Positions 1 through 12,617 of a stretch of DNA of 64,000 nucleotides are shown here, piece by piece. The translations under genes and the position numbers were made by a program. How positions within the stretch are numbered: the first letter of the stretch is position 1; each line of letters begins with the position of its first letter. The stretch comes from Hyphomonadaceae bacterium (GTDB taxonomy: Bacteria > Pseudomonadota > Alphaproteobacteria > Caulobacterales > Aquidulcibacteraceae). The stretch covers positions 14,760 through 78,759 of the forward strand of contig JANRIM010000017.1 of the NCBI GenBank assembly GCA_033764865.1, in the 5' to 3' direction. The notes beneath the pieces were generated by a model. That model was not told where the DNA came from and made no database searches. It saw only the letters and a program-made list of their open reading frames with translations.

Positions 1-225
1 GCGCCGTTCACGCTGGCGGCGCTGATCCTCGCGGCGGACGCATTCCACACCGGCGGCGCAGGCCTCGCCACGCTGGCGGCCATCGTGGTGTTCGCGGCCG
101 CGATGATCGTGCAGACCGGCCTTTCGGCCCGCGTGGAGCGGGAAATGGCGCTGGCCCACGATGACCGGCGCCAGCTTGTGGCGCAGCTGCGGCTGGCCGT
201 GGACTCCATCGACGCGGTGTCCTAG
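1..225 (+). pseudogene. 5' segment of the sensor-kinase reading frame (hydrophobic segment plus linker) ending at in-frame TAG 223-225
   Basis: Frame 1 is open from base 1 (…LATLAAIVVFAAAMIVQTG…QLVAQLRLAVDSIDAVS) and stops at TAG 223-225. It continues in the same frame as [20 protein letters not shown] into the 268..1503 ORF. Confidence 0.4.
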
Positions 226-267
226 CACCTCGACTTCCGCACCCGCCAGTTCACCGGCGGCGACAGC

Positions 268-1503
<1,236 letters not shown>

Positions 1504-1830
1504 AGCACGATCGTTTCAGGCTGGACCGTGGATCGCGCTCCAGACAAGTGGTGGCGCCCCGATGGACGCACGCGCCCCGCAACTGCGTGCTTTTGCGGCC
1601 CTGCAGCCACAGTTACGGGCATTGTCTCCGATGAAGCGTGATTATCTTCCCATGCCCAGACCGGCTGGCGGATGCCCTTTATACTTGGCTTCGTCTTGCA
1701 AGGTTCAAAGATTTACTTGGGTGGCCGGGCGAAAGTGGCTTCGTGTTTTCTTGGAGTTGGCGTGATCCCGGGCGGCAACGAGCCCCAGTCGACTGTGTGA
1801 CATCATGCGCGCGGTCAATCCGCGCGGCGA

Positions 1831-3231
1831 TCACGCCTGCATAGTCCAGCCGTCCACGCCCTTGCCGGCCTCCCGAAGCGCTTCCGACATGGTGGGGTGG
1901 GCGTGACAGGTGCGGGCGATATCCTCGGCGCTCGCGCCGAACTCCATCGCCACGCAGATCTCCCCGATCAGTTCGCCCACGCCTACGCCGATCATGTGGG
2001 CGCCCACCACGCGGCGGCTGGCCTGGTCCTCCAGGATCTTCACGAAGCCCTCGGTCTCGTGGTTTGTGCGCGCGCGCGAGTTGGCGGCGAAGGGAAACTT
2101 TCCGACCTTGTAGGCGACGCCGGCGGCCTTGAGCTCCTCCTCCGTCTTCCCGACGCTGGCCACCTCGGGCTTGGTGTAGATGACGTTGGGGATGATGTCG
2201 GGGTTCATGTGCCCCCACTGGCCGGCGATGAGCTGGGCGACGTTGGCCCCCTCCTCTTCCGCCTTGTGCGCGAGCATGGGGCCGGTGGTGACGTCGCCGA
2301 TCACCCAGACGCCGGGGGCGCTGGTCTTCCAGTGATCGTTCGGGATGAAGCCGCGCTTGTCGGTGACGATGCCCACGCTCTCCAGGCCCAGACCTTCCGT
2401 GAACGGCCGGCGCCCGATGGCGACGAGAACGACGTCGGCCTCGATCGCGCGCCGCTCGCCGCCGGCGGCGGGCTCCAGCTGGACGGAGAGGCCCGCTTTG
2501 CCCGCCTCGATGCCGGTCACCTTCGTCGACAGCTCGAACGCGATGCCCTGCTTCTTGAGGATTTTCAGGAACTGCGCGCTGACTTCGCCGTCCATCGTGG
2601 GGGTGATGCGGTCGAGAAACTCCACCACCGTCACCTGCGCGCCGAGCCGCCGCCACACGCTGCCGAGCTCAAGCCCGATCACGCCGCCGCCGATCACCAC
2701 CAGCTTGCCGGGGACCTTCTCCAGCGCCAGCGCGCCCGTGGAGGAGACGATGCGCTTCTCGTCGATGGCGACGCCCGGCAGGCCCATCGGCTCGGAGCCC
2801 GTGGCGATGACGATGTTCTTGGCCTCCAGCGTCTGCACGCCGCCCTCGCCGGAGACTTCCACCCGGCCTGCGCCGGCGATCCGTCCCGTGCCTTTCAGGT
2901 AGGTGACCTTGTTCTTCTTCATGAGGAACTCGACGCCCTTGGTGAGGCCGGTCACGGCGTCGGTCTTCTGTTTCATCATGGCCGCGAGATCGAGCCGCGG
3001 CGGATCGACCAGGATGCCCATGGAGGCGAACGTCGTGCCCGCCGCCTCGAAATACTCCGAGGCATGCAGCAGCGCCTTCGAGGGGATGCAGCCCACGTTG
3101 AGGCAGGTCCCGCCCAATGCGCCGCGGGATTCCACGATGGCCGTCTTCAGCCCGAGCTGGCCGGCGCGGATCGCGCAGTTGTACCCGCCGGGGCCACCGC
3201 CGATGATGACGACGTCGAATTGCTGGGACAT
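1831..3231 (-). CDS. lpdA: dihydrolipoyl dehydrogenase (E3)
   Basis: 466 aa; FAD motif IIGGGPGGY; redox-active disulfide [10 protein letters not shown]; C-terminal HAHPT. Confidence 0.97.
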   Translation of the reverse strand: MSQQFDVVIIGGGPGGYNCAIRAGQLGLKTAIVESRGALGGTCLNVGCIPSKALLHASEYFEAAGTTFASMGILVDPPRLDLAAMMKQKTDAVTGLTKGVEFLMKKNKVTYLKGTGRIAGAGRVEVSGEGGVQTLEAKNIVIATGSEPMGLPGVAIDEKRIVSSTGALALEKVPGKLVVIGGGVIGLELGSVWRRLGAQVTVVEFLDRITPTMDGEVSAQFLKILKKQGIAFELSTKVTGIEAGKAGLSVQLEPAAGGERRAIEADVVLVAIGRRPFTEGLGLESVGIVTDKRGFIPNDHWKTSAPGVWVIGDVTTGPMLAHKAEEEGANVAQLIAGQWGHMNPDIIPNVIYTKPEVASVGKTEEELKAAGVAYKVGKFPFAANSRARTNHETEGFVKILEDQASRRVVGAHMIGVGVGELIGEICVAMEFGASAEDIARTCHAHPTMSEALREAGKGVDGWTMQA

Positions 3232-3317
3232 GGGCGGCCTTCAGGGTTCAAGGATGCGTGACCGGATATATAGGCCTTCCCCGCCGAAGCGAAGGGAAGA
3301 GCCGCGCGCGGGCGCGC

Positions 3318-3788
3318 TTACGAAAGCACGCCGTTCCGCTCCAGCCACGCGGCGAGCACCGTGAGGACGAGACAGACGAAAAAGCTGTTGCGCGTCGCCT
3401 GGGTGGGGCGGGCGTCCTCGGCGGCGTCGGGCGTTGCGGCCGCCAGTTCGCGCCGGCGCTGGCGGACAAAGTAGGCCAGTTGGTGCAGCACGAGCAGAGC
3501 GAGCGCCGGAACCGCCAGCCGCAGGCCCAGCGCCATCGTCACGCCTGCGCCGAACAGGATCACGCCGCCGACCGCCCACCACCACGTCCGCCCGGAATCG
3601 TTCGGCGTCGTGGGGCGGAGGGGCTGGCCGGCGTCCGCGGCGATCTCGCTGGCGAGGCGATCGAGCGTGTCGATGGCGCGGTCCATGAACAGCGCCATGC
3701 GCAGCTGGTTGGCCAGAAACACCGCGCCCACGACATAGAAGGCGCCGAACAGGCGCAGCACGCCTTCGCCGAGGTCCAGCAACGTCAC
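3318..3788 (-). CDS. hypothetical membrane protein (about 4 TM helices)
   Basis: ORF 3318..3827. I prefer the internal GTG at 3788, which is preceded by GGGAGG. Hydrophobic segments include FGAFYVVGAVFLA, WWWAVGGVILFGAGVTMALGL and FFVCLVLTVLAAW. No family recognised. Confidence 0.5.
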   Translation of the reverse strand: MTLLDLGEGVLRLFGAFYVVGAVFLANQLRMALFMDRAIDTLDRLASEIAADAGQPLRPTTPNDSGRTWWWAVGGVILFGAGVTMALGLRLAVPALALLVLHQLAYFVRQRRRELAAATPDAAEDARPTQATRNSFFVCLVLTVLAAWLERNGVLS

Positions 3789-3891
3789 GGGGCCTCCCTG
3801 GGCGCGGCGGTGTTGACGCAGTGACAACCGGGCGCCTGTCGCTGCGGGGGGGTTCGTCCTATCTTGGCCGGGCTAGGTCAAGGAGCGCGTC

Positions 3892-4539
3892 ATGCCCCTG
3901 GAACTGTCGACCCGCCATCCGCCCTCGGGCGTCTCCGACCACGTCGCCCTCTGGCTCACCAAGCTGCTGCGCTTCTTCGCGGACGCCTTCTTCGCCCAGC
4001 GGTACGGCCACCGCGCGGTCGTTCTGGAAACGGTGGCGGGCGTGCCCGGCATGGTGGGCGGCATGATGAACCACCTGAAGAGCCTGCGCCGCATGCGCGA
4101 CGACGAGGGCTGGATCCGCACCCTGCTGGAGGAGGCGGAGAACGAGCGGATGCACCTGATGACGTTCATCGCCATCGCGCAGCCGAACCGGTTCGAGCGG
4201 TTTCTGGTGATCCTGGCGCAGGGCGTGTTCTGGAACGCGTTCTTCGTGCTCTACCTGCTCTCGCCGCGCACGGCCCACCGGCTGGTGGGGTACTTCGAGG
4301 AGGAGGCGGTGGTCAGCTACACGCAGTATCTGGCCGCGATCGAAGCCGGGAAGATCGAGAACGTGCCGGCCCCCGACATCGCCATCAAGTACTGGAAGCT
4401 GAAGCCCGACGCGCGCCTGCGGGACGTGGTGATCGCCGTGCGCGCCGACGAGGCGGGCCACCGGGATGTCAACCACGCGTTCGCCGACACCCTCACCCGC
4501 CGCGAAGCGACCCATCAGCAACCCGAGAAGGTGCACTGA
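3892..4539 (+). CDS. aox: alternative oxidase (cyanide-insensitive ubiquinol oxidase, di-iron carboxylate)
   Basis: [39 protein letters not shown] and [12 protein letters not shown] match the four AOX iron-binding helices. AAGGAG lies 8 nt upstream of the ATG. Confidence 0.9.
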   Translation: MPLELSTRHPPSGVSDHVALWLTKLLRFFADAFFAQRYGHRAVVLETVAGVPGMVGGMMNHLKSLRRMRDDEGWIRTLLEEAENERMHLMTFIAIAQPNRFERFLVILAQGVFWNAFFVLYLLSPRTAHRLVGYFEEEAVVSYTQYLAAIEAGKIENVPAPDIAIKYWKLKPDARLRDVVIAVRADEAGHRDVNHAFADTLTRREATHQQPEKVH

Positions 4540-4558
4540 CCCCGCGGGCGCCGCGCTC

Positions 4559-5782
4559 TCACAGGTCGAGCAGCATCCGCTCCGGATCCTCAAGGTTCTC
4601 CTTCACGCGGACGAGGAACGTCACCGCTTCCTTGCCGTCCACCAGGCGGTGATCGTAGCTCAGCGCCAGGTACATCATCGGGCGGATCACGATCTGGCCG
4701 TTCGACACCACGGGGCGATCCTGGATCTTGTGCATGCCGAGGATGCCGGACTGCGGCGCGTTGAGGATCGGCGTGGACATGAGCGAGCCGTACACGCCGC
4801 CGTTGGAGATGGTGAACGTGGCGCCCTGCAGGTCCTCCAGCTTGAGCTGGCCGTCGCGGGCCTTCTTGCCGAGGGCGCCGATCTCCTGCTCCAGCGTCGC
4901 CATGGACTTCCTGTCCGCGTCGCGCACCACCGGCACCACGAGGCCCTTGTCGGTGCCGACGGCGATGCCGAGGTCGTAGTAGTTCTTGAAGACGATCTCG
5001 TCGCCCTCGATCTCGGCGTTGACGGAGGGCACTTCCTTCAGGGCGGTCACGCACGCCTTCACGAAGAAGCTCATGAAGCCAAGCTTCACGCCGTGCTTTT
5101 CCTCGAACTTGTCCTTGTAGCGGGCGCGCACCGCCATCACGGGGCTCATGTCGGCCTCGTTGAAGGTGGTCAGCATGGCGGCGGTGTTCTGCGCCTCCTT
5201 GAGGCGGCGCGCGATCGTGGCGCGCAGGCGCGTCATCTTCACGCGCTCCTCGCGCGCGTCTGCGCGGCGCGGGGCGGCGGGCGGAGCCACGGGCGCCGGG
5301 GCGGGCGCGGATGCGGGCGCTGGCGCAGGAGTCGCCGCCGGCGCGATCGGCTTGGCGGCGAGGGCGGCGAGCGCATCCCCCTTGGTGACGCGGCCATCCT
5401 TGCCGGTGCCGGCGAGGCCGCTCACGGAGATCCCGTTTTCCGCCGCAAGGCGCTGGACGCTGGGCGGCGCCGGCGCGGCGGCCGGCGCGGGTTGCTGCGC
5501 CTTGGCCGCGGGCGCGGCGGCGGCCGGCTTCGACGCAGCCCGCGCGGCGCCGGCGCCGAGACGGCCCAGCAGCGCGCCGATCTCCACCGTCGCGCCCTCC
5601 GCGGCGACGATCTCGCCCAGCGTGCCGGCTTCCGGCGCGGACACCTCCACGGACACCTTGTCCGTCTCCAGCTCCACGAGCGTCTCATCCTTTGCGACTG
5701 CATCGCCCGGCTGCTTCAGCCACTTGGCGACGGTCGCCTCCGTCACGGACTCGCCCAGCGTGGGCACCACGATATCGGTCAT
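4559..5782 (-). CDS. sucB: dihydrolipoamide succinyltransferase (E2 of 2-oxoglutarate dehydrogenase)
   Basis: Lipoyl domain [10 protein letters not shown]; Ala/Pro-rich linker; catalytic SYDHRLVDG. Confidence 0.97.
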   Translation of the reverse strand: MTDIVVPTLGESVTEATVAKWLKQPGDAVAKDETLVELETDKVSVEVSAPEAGTLGEIVAAEGATVEIGALLGRLGAGAARAASKPAAAAPAAKAQQPAPAAAPAPPSVQRLAAENGISVSGLAGTGKDGRVTKGDALAALAAKPIAPAATPAPAPASAPAPAPVAPPAAPRRADAREERVKMTRLRATIARRLKEAQNTAAMLTTFNEADMSPVMAVRARYKDKFEEKHGVKLGFMSFFVKACVTALKEVPSVNAEIEGDEIVFKNYYDLGIAVGTDKGLVVPVVRDADRKSMATLEQEIGALGKKARDGQLKLEDLQGATFTISNGGVYGSLMSTPILNAPQSGILGMHKIQDRPVVSNGQIVIRPMMYLALSYDHRLVDGKEAVTFLVRVKENLEDPERMLLDL

Positions 5783-5784
5783 GT

Positions 5785-8700
5785 TCAGCTCGCCTGTGCT
5801 TGACTTTGCGGGGCCTGACTGGAGGCGCCCAGCGCGTCTTCGAGAAACGTCTCGAGTTCCTTCTGGTGTTTCGACATGAGGCCCGCCGCCGTCGACGCCG
5901 ACGCGGGCCGTCCGGCGTAGCGCGCGCGCTTGGCCTTCACGTCCATCCGCTCGAGCGTGAGCTCAAGCCATGCGTCCACGTGCGTCCAGCCGCCCATGTT
6001 CTTCGGCTCTTCCTGGCACCACACGATCTCCGCGTTGGGAAACCGTTGCAGTTCGGCGGTGAGGGACTTGAAGGGCCACGGATACAGTTGCTCCAACCGC
6101 AGCAGGCAGATGTCGTCCAGACCGCGCTTTTCGCGTTCCTCCAGCAGGTCGTAGTAGACCTTGCCCGAGCACAGCACGACGCGGCGGATGTCGGCGTCCG
6201 GCCGCAGGCGGATGGTGGTGAGCCCGTTGTCGAGGTGGGCGTCGGCGTCGTCCCAAAGCACGCGGTGGAACGAGGCGCCTGGCCCCATGTCCTTCAGCGT
6301 GGAGACGCAGCGCTTGTGGCGCAGGAGGGACTTGGGCGTCATCACGATCAGCGGCTTGCGGAACGGGCGGTGCAGCTGGCGGCGCAGGGCGTGGAAGTAG
6401 TTGGCGGGCGTCGAGCAGTTGACGACCTGGATGTTGTCCTCCGCGCAGGCCTGGAGGAAGCGCTCCAGCCGCGCCGAAGAGTGCTCCGGCCCCTGCCCTT
6501 CATAGCCGTGCGGCAGCAGCATCACGAGGCCAGACATCCTGAGCCACTTGCGCTCCCCCGAGGAGATGAACTGGTCGATCACCACCTGGGCGCCGTTCAC
6601 GAAGTCGCCGAACTGGGCCTCCCACAGCGTGAGCGTGTTCGGCGCCGCCAGCGAGTAGCCGTACTCGTAGCCGAGCACCGCTTCTTCCGAGAGCAGCGAA
6701 TCGATCACCTCGTAGTGGGCCTGGCCGGGGCGGATGTTGTTGAGCGGCGTGTAGCGCTCCTCGGTCGTCTGGTCGACGAAGTGGGAATGACGCTGGCTGA
6801 AGGTGCCGCGGCAGGAATCCTGGCCGGAAAGCCGCACAGGGAAGCCCTCGTCCAGCAGCGTCGCGAACGCGAGGTGTTCGGCGGTGGCCCAGTCGATCCC
6901 CTCGCCCGCGTCGATCGCCTTGCGGCGGCCCTCGATGACGCGCGCCAGCGTCTTGTGCATGTCCACGTTGGACGGGATTTCGGTGATACGGCGACCGATG
7001 GCGCGCAGCTTGTCCACGGCGACGCCCGTCTCGCCGCGGCGCTCCTCGTCGCCGGGCAGGCCGAGGCCCGACCAGACGCCGTCCAGCCAGTCCGCCTTGT
7101 TGGGGCGGTATTCCTTGCCGGCCTCGAACTCCGCCTCCAGGAAGGTCTCGAACGCGCTGACCCAGCCGTCCACCTCCGCCTGGCTCACGGTGCCGTTGGA
7201 CAGGAGCTTGCGTGCGTAGATTTCGCGGACCGGAGGCTGGTCCTTGATCTTCTTGTACATCAGCGGCTGCGTGAACGAGGGATCGTCGCCCTCGTTGTGA
7301 CCGAACCGCCGGTAGCAGAACATGTCGATGACCACGTCCTTGCCGAATTCCTGGCGGTACTCCGTGGCGATCTTGGTGGCGTAGACCACCGCCTCGGGAT
7401 CGTCCCCGTTCACATGGAAGATCGGCGCCTGCACCATGAGCGCCACATCCGAAGGATACGGGCTGGAGCGGGAGTACCGCGGGCTGGTGGTGAAGCCGAT
7501 CTGGTTGTTGATGATGAAGTGCACCGTGCCGCCCGTGCGGTAGCCGCGCAGGCCCGACAGCGCGAAGCACTCCGCCACGACGCCCTGCCCCGCGAAGGCT
7601 GCGTCGCCGTGGATCAGCAGCGGCATCACGCGGGCGCGAAGGTCGAACAGCTCCTTGTCGTTTTCCTTGTGCGTCTGCCGGGAGGCCTGCTTTGCGCGCG
7701 CCTTGCCGAGCACGACCGGGTTGACGATCTCCAGGTGCGACGGGTTGGCCGTCAGCGACAGGTGCACGGCGTGGCCGTCGAACGTACGGTCCGAGGAGGC
7801 GCCCATGTGGTACTTCACGTCGCCGGAGCCCATCAGGTCCTCCGGGTTCGCCGAGCCGCCGCGGAACTCGTGGAAGATCACGCGGTAGGGCTTGCCCATC
7901 ACGGCGGCCAGCACGTTCAGGCGGCCGCGGTGCGCCATGCCGAGGACGATGTCCTCCACGCCGTAGGCGCCGCCGCGCTTGATCACCTGCTCCAGCGCCG
8001 GGATCATCGCCTCGCCGCCGTCCAGACCGAACCGCTTGGTGCCGGGATAGCGCTTGTGCAGGAAGCGTTCGAACGTCTCGCCCTCGATCAGCTTCTTCAG
8101 GATCGCCTTCTTGCCCTCGACGGTGAAGCTGATCTCCTTGTCGGGGCCTTCGATGCGCTGCTGGATCCACGCCTTCTCGCGCGGATCGGTGATGTGCATG
8201 AATTCGACGCCCAGGTTGCCGCAGTAGGTGCGGCGCAGGATGTCGAGCATCTGGCGGACGGTCGCCGTCTCCAGGCCAAGCACGTTGTCGATGAAGATCG
8301 GACGATCCATGTCGTCGGGGCCGAAGCCGTAGTCGGCGGGGTCGAGGCCGTCCACCGGGCCCTTGGTCTCGATGCCGAGGGGGTCAAGCTGGGCGGCGAG
8401 GTGGCCGCGGGTGCGGTAGGCGCGGATCAGCATCAGCGCCTTGACGCTGTCGCGCGCAGCCTGCTCGATCACCGCCTTCGTCGGCGTCGCCGCGCCGGGC
8501 GGGAGCTCGGCGTTGGCGCGGACCTCGATCTTCTTGGCGAGTTTGGGCTCCAGCGCGGCCCAGTTGCCGTCGAGCAGCGCGGTGATTTCCGAAGGCTTGG
8601 GATTGGCGATGCCGGGCTTCGCCCACGACGGGCCTTTCAGCGCGGCGGCGTCGCCCATCTCGGCGAAGAACGTTCGCCACGACGCATCCACCGACTGGGG

Positions 8701-8811
8701 ATCGTCCAGGAAGCGGGCGTGCATCTGTTCGATGAAGAGGGCGTTGGCGCCGTCGAGGAAGCTGGTTTCCAGGAACGCCGAGTTGGAAATGCCGCGGGCG
8801 CCGTCGGCCAT
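5785..8811 (-). CDS. sucA: 2-oxoglutarate dehydrogenase E1 component
   Basis: 1008 aa; N-terminus [22 protein letters not shown]; HRGRLNVL motif. It lies 2 nt upstream of sucB. Confidence 0.97.
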   Translation of the reverse strand: MADGARGISNSAFLETSFLDGANALFIEQMHARFLDDPQSVDASWRTFFAEMGDAAALKGPSWAKPGIANPKPSEITALLDGNWAALEPKLAKKIEVRANAELPPGAATPTKAVIEQAARDSVKALMLIRAYRTRGHLAAQLDPLGIETKGPVDGLDPADYGFGPDDMDRPIFIDNVLGLETATVRQMLDILRRTYCGNLGVEFMHITDPREKAWIQQRIEGPDKEISFTVEGKKAILKKLIEGETFERFLHKRYPGTKRFGLDGGEAMIPALEQVIKRGGAYGVEDIVLGMAHRGRLNVLAAVMGKPYRVIFHEFRGGSANPEDLMGSGDVKYHMGASSDRTFDGHAVHLSLTANPSHLEIVNPVVLGKARAKQASRQTHKENDKELFDLRARVMPLLIHGDAAFAGQGVVAECFALSGLRGYRTGGTVHFIINNQIGFTTSPRYSRSSPYPSDVALMVQAPIFHVNGDDPEAVVYATKIATEYRQEFGKDVVIDMFCYRRFGHNEGDDPSFTQPLMYKKIKDQPPVREIYARKLLSNGTVSQAEVDGWVSAFETFLEAEFEAGKEYRPNKADWLDGVWSGLGLPGDEERRGETGVAVDKLRAIGRRITEIPSNVDMHKTLARVIEGRRKAIDAGEGIDWATAEHLAFATLLDEGFPVRLSGQDSCRGTFSQRHSHFVDQTTEERYTPLNNIRPGQAHYEVIDSLLSEEAVLGYEYGYSLAAPNTLTLWEAQFGDFVNGAQVVIDQFISSGERKWLRMSGLVMLLPHGYEGQGPEHSSARLERFLQACAEDNIQVVNCSTPANYFHALRRQLHRPFRKPLIVMTPKSLLRHKRCVSTLKDMGPGASFHRVLWDDADAHLDNGLTTIRLRPDADIRRVVLCSGKVYYDLLEEREKRGLDDICLLRLEQLYPWPFKSLTAELQRFPNAEIVWCQEEPKNMGGWTHVDAWLELTLERMDVKAKRARYAGRPASASTAAGLMSKHQKELETFLEDALGASSQAPQSQAQAS

Positions 8812-8965
8812 GGAGATCGGTCCTTACAAATCGAGTTCGTCACGCGGAGCGTCGGGGCCACATATAGGGCGGTTTCGGCCGCTGCGCTTCACCAAATACG
8901 CGTATTCGATCCACGGCGTCACATGCCGGCCCGCAAAGCTTGCATGCGGGAACGCGCCCCGCCCC

Positions 8966-9853
8966 TCACGCGCCTTTCAACAACTCCGCCATCGTCCGCC
9001 CCAGCGCGGCGGGATGCGGGGCGACCCGGATGCCGGCGGCCTCCATGGCCGCGATCTTGGATTCCGCATCGCCCTTGCCCCCGGAGATGATGGCCCCGGC
9101 GTGTCCCATGCGCCGCCCGGGCGGGGCGGTGCGGCCGGCGATGAAACCCACCGTCGGCTTCCTGCGGCCCTTCTTCGCCTCGTCGGCCAGGAACTGGGCG
9201 GCGTCCTCCTCGGCCGACCCGCCGATCTCGCCGATCATCACGATGGACGTGGTCTCCGGGTCCGCCAGGAACATCTCCAGCATGTCGATGAACTCCGTGC
9301 CTTTCACGGGATCGCCGCCGATGCCCACCGCCGTCGTCTGGCCGAGGCCCTCGTTGGTGGTCTGGAACACGGCCTCATAGGTCAGCGTGCCGGAGCGCGA
9401 GACGATGCCCACGTGGCCCTTGGAGAAGATCGACCCCGGCATGATGCCGATCTTGCACTCGTTGGGCGTCAGCACGCCCGGGCAGTTGGGCCCGATGAGG
9501 CGGGATTTCGACGTCGAGAGCCTAGCCTTCACACGCACCATGTCGAGCACGGGGATGCCCTCCGTGATGCACACGATGAGCGGGATCTCGGCGTCGATGG
9601 CTTCCTCGATCGCCGCGGCGGCGCCGGGCGGGGGCACGTAAATCACGGTGGCGTCGGCGCCGGCCTTGTCGCGCGCTTCCGCCACGGAGTTGAAGATGGG
9701 AAGGCCAAGGTGCGTCCCCCCGCCCTTCCCGGGGCTGACGCCCCCGGTCATTTTCGTGCCGTAGGCGATGGCCTGCTCGGAGTGGAAGGTGCCGTTCTTG
9801 CCGGTGAAGCCCTGGCAAATGACCCGGGTGGACGCGTTCACGAGAATGGACAT
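8966..9853 (-). CDS. sucD: succinyl-CoA ligase alpha subunit
   Basis: The tracked ORF runs to 9949, but the family N-terminus [18 protein letters not shown] begins at 9853. Phosphohistidine loop [12 protein letters not shown]. Confidence 0.95.
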   Translation of the reverse strand: MSILVNASTRVICQGFTGKNGTFHSEQAIAYGTKMTGGVSPGKGGGTHLGLPIFNSVAEARDKAGADATVIYVPPPGAAAAIEEAIDAEIPLIVCITEGIPVLDMVRVKARLSTSKSRLIGPNCPGVLTPNECKIGIMPGSIFSKGHVGIVSRSGTLTYEAVFQTTNEGLGQTTAVGIGGDPVKGTEFIDMLEMFLADPETTSIVMIGEIGGSAEEDAAQFLADEAKKGRRKPTVGFIAGRTAPPGRRMGHAGAIISGGKGDAESKIAAMEAAGIRVAPHPAALGRTMAELLKGA

Positions 9854-10169
9854 GGAGATCGAGCCGCCAGCGCTGAGGGGAGAATTCGCGGGGCGTTCGT
9901 AGCGCAGCGCGCACGAAAGGCAAACCCGCCGGCCAAGAGCTGAAAGCAACCGCCGTTGCGGGCTTCCGCCGCGTCAGATCACCGTTGCGTATTCGCAGGG
10001 CGCGCAAAAACACGCGCGATTACGGGGCGTTGGAAACGCGCATGACAATGGCGCGACGCGCAGGCGACAGAGGATTCATCGTGCTGCGATCAGCCTGTCA
10101 AAGGAATCACCTACCCCCGCGCCGGTTCACGGCGGCGCCAATGACCGCCGGTCACACCGGAGCGATCTC

Positions 10170-10580
10170 ATGAAGTCCATCCATCTCGCCCTCGCCGCCG
10201 CCTCGGCGACGCTCGCCATCGCCGGCGCCGCCGAAGCCCGTGACGTGGCGGTTTCCACCCGCGCCGTCGATTTCAGCGACGTCGCGTCCGTCGACGCGTT
10301 CCACCGCGACCTCGCGGACGCCGCCGCCGAAGCGTGCGCGGACCAGGCCGCGCCGGGCGTCCTCGCGCTCACGCTGGAGCGCCAGTGTCGCCGCGACGCG
10401 CTGGACGCCGCCGTGGAGACCGTGAACCGCCCGCTGCTGAGCGCGCTGAACGACACGCTGGACGCACGTCTGCGTCTGAACCCCGCGCGACCGGCGCTGA
10501 CCGATGCGCTGGTGGCCGACGTCCGGAGCCAGGTGCAGGAGCTGCGCGCGGAAGCGCCGGCCGGCAGCGTCGTCCGCTGA
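10170..10580 (+). CDS. small exported protein resembling the UrcA family
   Basis: Signal peptide MKSIHLALAAASATLAIAGAAEA. It shares a two-Cys motif (…EACAD…QCRRDALDAAV) with the next ORF. Confidence 0.6.
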   Translation: MKSIHLALAAASATLAIAGAAEARDVAVSTRAVDFSDVASVDAFHRDLADAAAEACADQAAPGVLALTLERQCRRDALDAAVETVNRPLLSALNDTLDARLRLNPARPALTDALVADVRSQVQELRAEAPAGSVVR

Positions 10581-10958
10581 CCCCATGGGCCTGTCGCGGT
10601 GCGCAGCGGCGCGCCGCGACGGCTTGCGGCCGCCCCCGACGCCGCGACCGAACCACGACTTCGGGCGTCCAACCGTCGCAAAACGGCGCCCGACGCCATC
10701 GCAAGCGGCAAGGGTTCGGGCGATTTCCCAAATGTAACGAAAAATTCACGGGGGCGCGGCGAGGCGCGCCGTGCGGCGGGGGCCTTGCGTCCCATGGCCT
10801 GCGCGCGCTGCGCCATCATCCGCCGACAAACTTTTTATAAGAGCCGGCGTTCCTCCTAGGATAATTCCCTTTTGTGACACCCGTATGACAGTTACAGTCA
10901 CACGGACAAACGGCACAGCGCGCCGGTCCACGGCGCCGCGCCCAAAGGGAGCCTGAGC

Positions 10959-11315
10959 ATGATCCGTTCGACTGTCGCCGCCATTGCCCTCCTCGTCGCC
11001 GCCGGCGCGCCGGCCGTGGCCGAGGAGCGTCCCGTCGCCGATGCCGCATCGGAAAGCCGCGCCACCTCCGTCCGGCAGCACGACCTCGACCTCACCAGCG
11101 AGCGCGGCGCCGCCGCCATGCTGATGCGTCTGGAACGGGCGGCCCAAGCGGTGTGCGATGCGCCCGAAGTGAACCGCCCGTCGCCGGCGGCGCGGCGCGC
11201 CATGGCGGCCTGCCGCCGCGATGCGGTGGCGGAGGCGGTGAAGCTGCTCGACGCGCCGTTGCTGACGCAGCTGCACCGCGACGGCGGCGTGACGCAGACC
11301 GCGTACACGCGCTAG
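10959..11315 (+). CDS. small exported protein resembling the UrcA family (paralogue)
   Basis: Signal peptide MIRSTVAAIALLVAAGAPAVA; VRQHDLDLTSERGAAAMLMRLERAAQAVC…AACRRDAVAEAV. Confidence 0.65.
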   Translation: MIRSTVAAIALLVAAGAPAVAEERPVADAASESRATSVRQHDLDLTSERGAAAMLMRLERAAQAVCDAPEVNRPSPAARRAMAACRRDAVAEAVKLLDAPLLTQLHRDGGVTQTAYTR

Positions 11316-11340
11316 CGCCCCGGCAACGGCGGGGCGGCGG

Positions 11341-11769
11341 CTAAGGCGCGCGCCGCCCCATCCCGTCGCGCAGCGCGGTGACGGCGATCGCCAGCAGCGC
11401 GGCGTGAAAAAGCACCGAAATCCACTCAAGGCCCGAAAGGCGCCAGAGCGCGCCGGCGACGCCGGCCATGGCCGCCACGGACCCTGCGTAAACGCCCGTG
11501 ACCGCCCAGGAGGCCGGTTGGCCGAAGCGCCACCAGACTGCGAGGCCCGCGGCGAGCGCGATGGCCGCCTTAAGCACCGCCATGCCGCGCAGCAGCCGCG
11601 CGAGATCGGGATCGGCGGCGAGCGCGCGCGCCGGCTGCCCCAGGGCGAACGCCAGCGTCACCGCCAGCGCGACGCCCGCAACGAGCGCGCCGCGCCGGAT
11701 GACCGGAGCGCGAAGCCCGACCGATGGCCCCGCCCGCGGCCGGGCCGGCATGTCCGTGAAGATCGCCAT
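11341..11769 (-). CDS. hypothetical membrane protein
   Basis: 142 aa with four hydrophobic segments; no family recognised. Confidence 0.5.
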   Translation of the reverse strand: MAIFTDMPARPRAGPSVGLRAPVIRRGALVAGVALAVTLAFALGQPARALAADPDLARLLRGMAVLKAAIALAAGLAVWWRFGQPASWAVTGVYAGSVAAMAGVAGALWRLSGLEWISVLFHAALLAIAVTALRDGMGRRAP

Positions 11770-11840
11770 GCGCTCAGTCTAGCGGATTTTCTCCGCGACC
11801 GCACGGTTTGACGCGCGCGCGGACTTCCTATCTAGCGCCC

Positions 11841-12608
11841 ATGACGCCGCCGCTCGACCGCCGCCGCCTTTTGGCCCTGTTCGCCGGGACGCTGGCGTTT
11901 CCCGCCGCCTGCTCGGAGAATCCCGCCACCGGTCGCCGCCAGCTCGCGCTCGTCTCCGACGAGATGCTGGCGCAGATGGCGCAGACCGCCTGGGCCGACA
12001 TCCTGCGCCAGACGCCCCGCGCGCCGGACGCGGGGCTCCAGCGGCGCCTGGAGGCCATCGGCGCGCGCGTGGTGTCCGCCGCCGGCGTGGCGCAGGGCGA
12101 CTGGGAGTTCGTGGTGTTCGACAGCCCGGAGATCAACGCCTTCGTGCTGCCGGGCGGCAAGGTCGGGTTCTTCCGCGGCCTCATGGACCTTGCTGACGAC
12201 GACGCCGCCATCGCCGCGGTGATGGGGCACGAGGTGGGGCACGTATCGGCGCGGCACGCGGCGGAGCGCATGACCCAGCAGCTCGCCGTGCAGGCGGGTA
12301 TGACGGTGGCGTCCATCGCGCTGTCGGAGAGCCTTGGCCAGTATGCCGACGAAGCCGCCGCCGCGCTGGGTGCGGGCCTCATCTACGGCGTGGTGCTGCC
12401 CTACTCCCGCACCCACGAGTTCGAGGCCGACCGCCTCGGCGTGCGCTACATGGCCGACGCCGACTATCCCCCCACCGCCGCGCTCACGTTCTGGCAGGCC
12501 ATGATCGCGCGCAACGCCGACCGCCCGCAGCCGCTGGAGTTCCTCTCAACGCACCCGGCGGACGAGGACCGGCTGGCCGCGCTGCAGGCGGAGATCGCGA
12601 AGCTGTGA
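11841..12608 (+). CDS. M48 family zinc metallopeptidase, probable lipoprotein
   Basis: HEVGHVSARH zinc motif. Lipobox-like FPAACS follows an RRRLLALFAG signal. I prefer the ATG at 11841 over the TTG at 11808. Confidence 0.85.
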   Translation: MTPPLDRRRLLALFAGTLAFPAACSENPATGRRQLALVSDEMLAQMAQTAWADILRQTPRAPDAGLQRRLEAIGARVVSAAGVAQGDWEFVVFDSPEINAFVLPGGKVGFFRGLMDLADDDAAIAAVMGHEVGHVSARHAAERMTQQLAVQAGMTVASIALSESLGQYADEAAAALGAGLIYGVVLPYSRTHEFEADRLGVRYMADADYPPTAALTFWQAMIARNADRPQPLEFLSTHPADEDRLAALQAEIAKL

Positions 12609-12617
12609 GGGGTGGGG

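Noticed and set aside
3789-3891. FNR/CRP-like site ttgacgcagtgaca in the aox/membrane-protein divergent promoter.
   Set aside because: The two halves are direct rather than inverted (TTGAC…TGACA), so it does not fit the TTGAT-N4-ATCAA palindrome.
5692-9090. 1132-aa ORF on the plus strand.
   Set aside because: It is entirely antisense to sucA and sucD, which have unmistakable family motifs. Its Arg/Ala/Gly-rich, low-complexity translation is typical of high-GC antisense frames.
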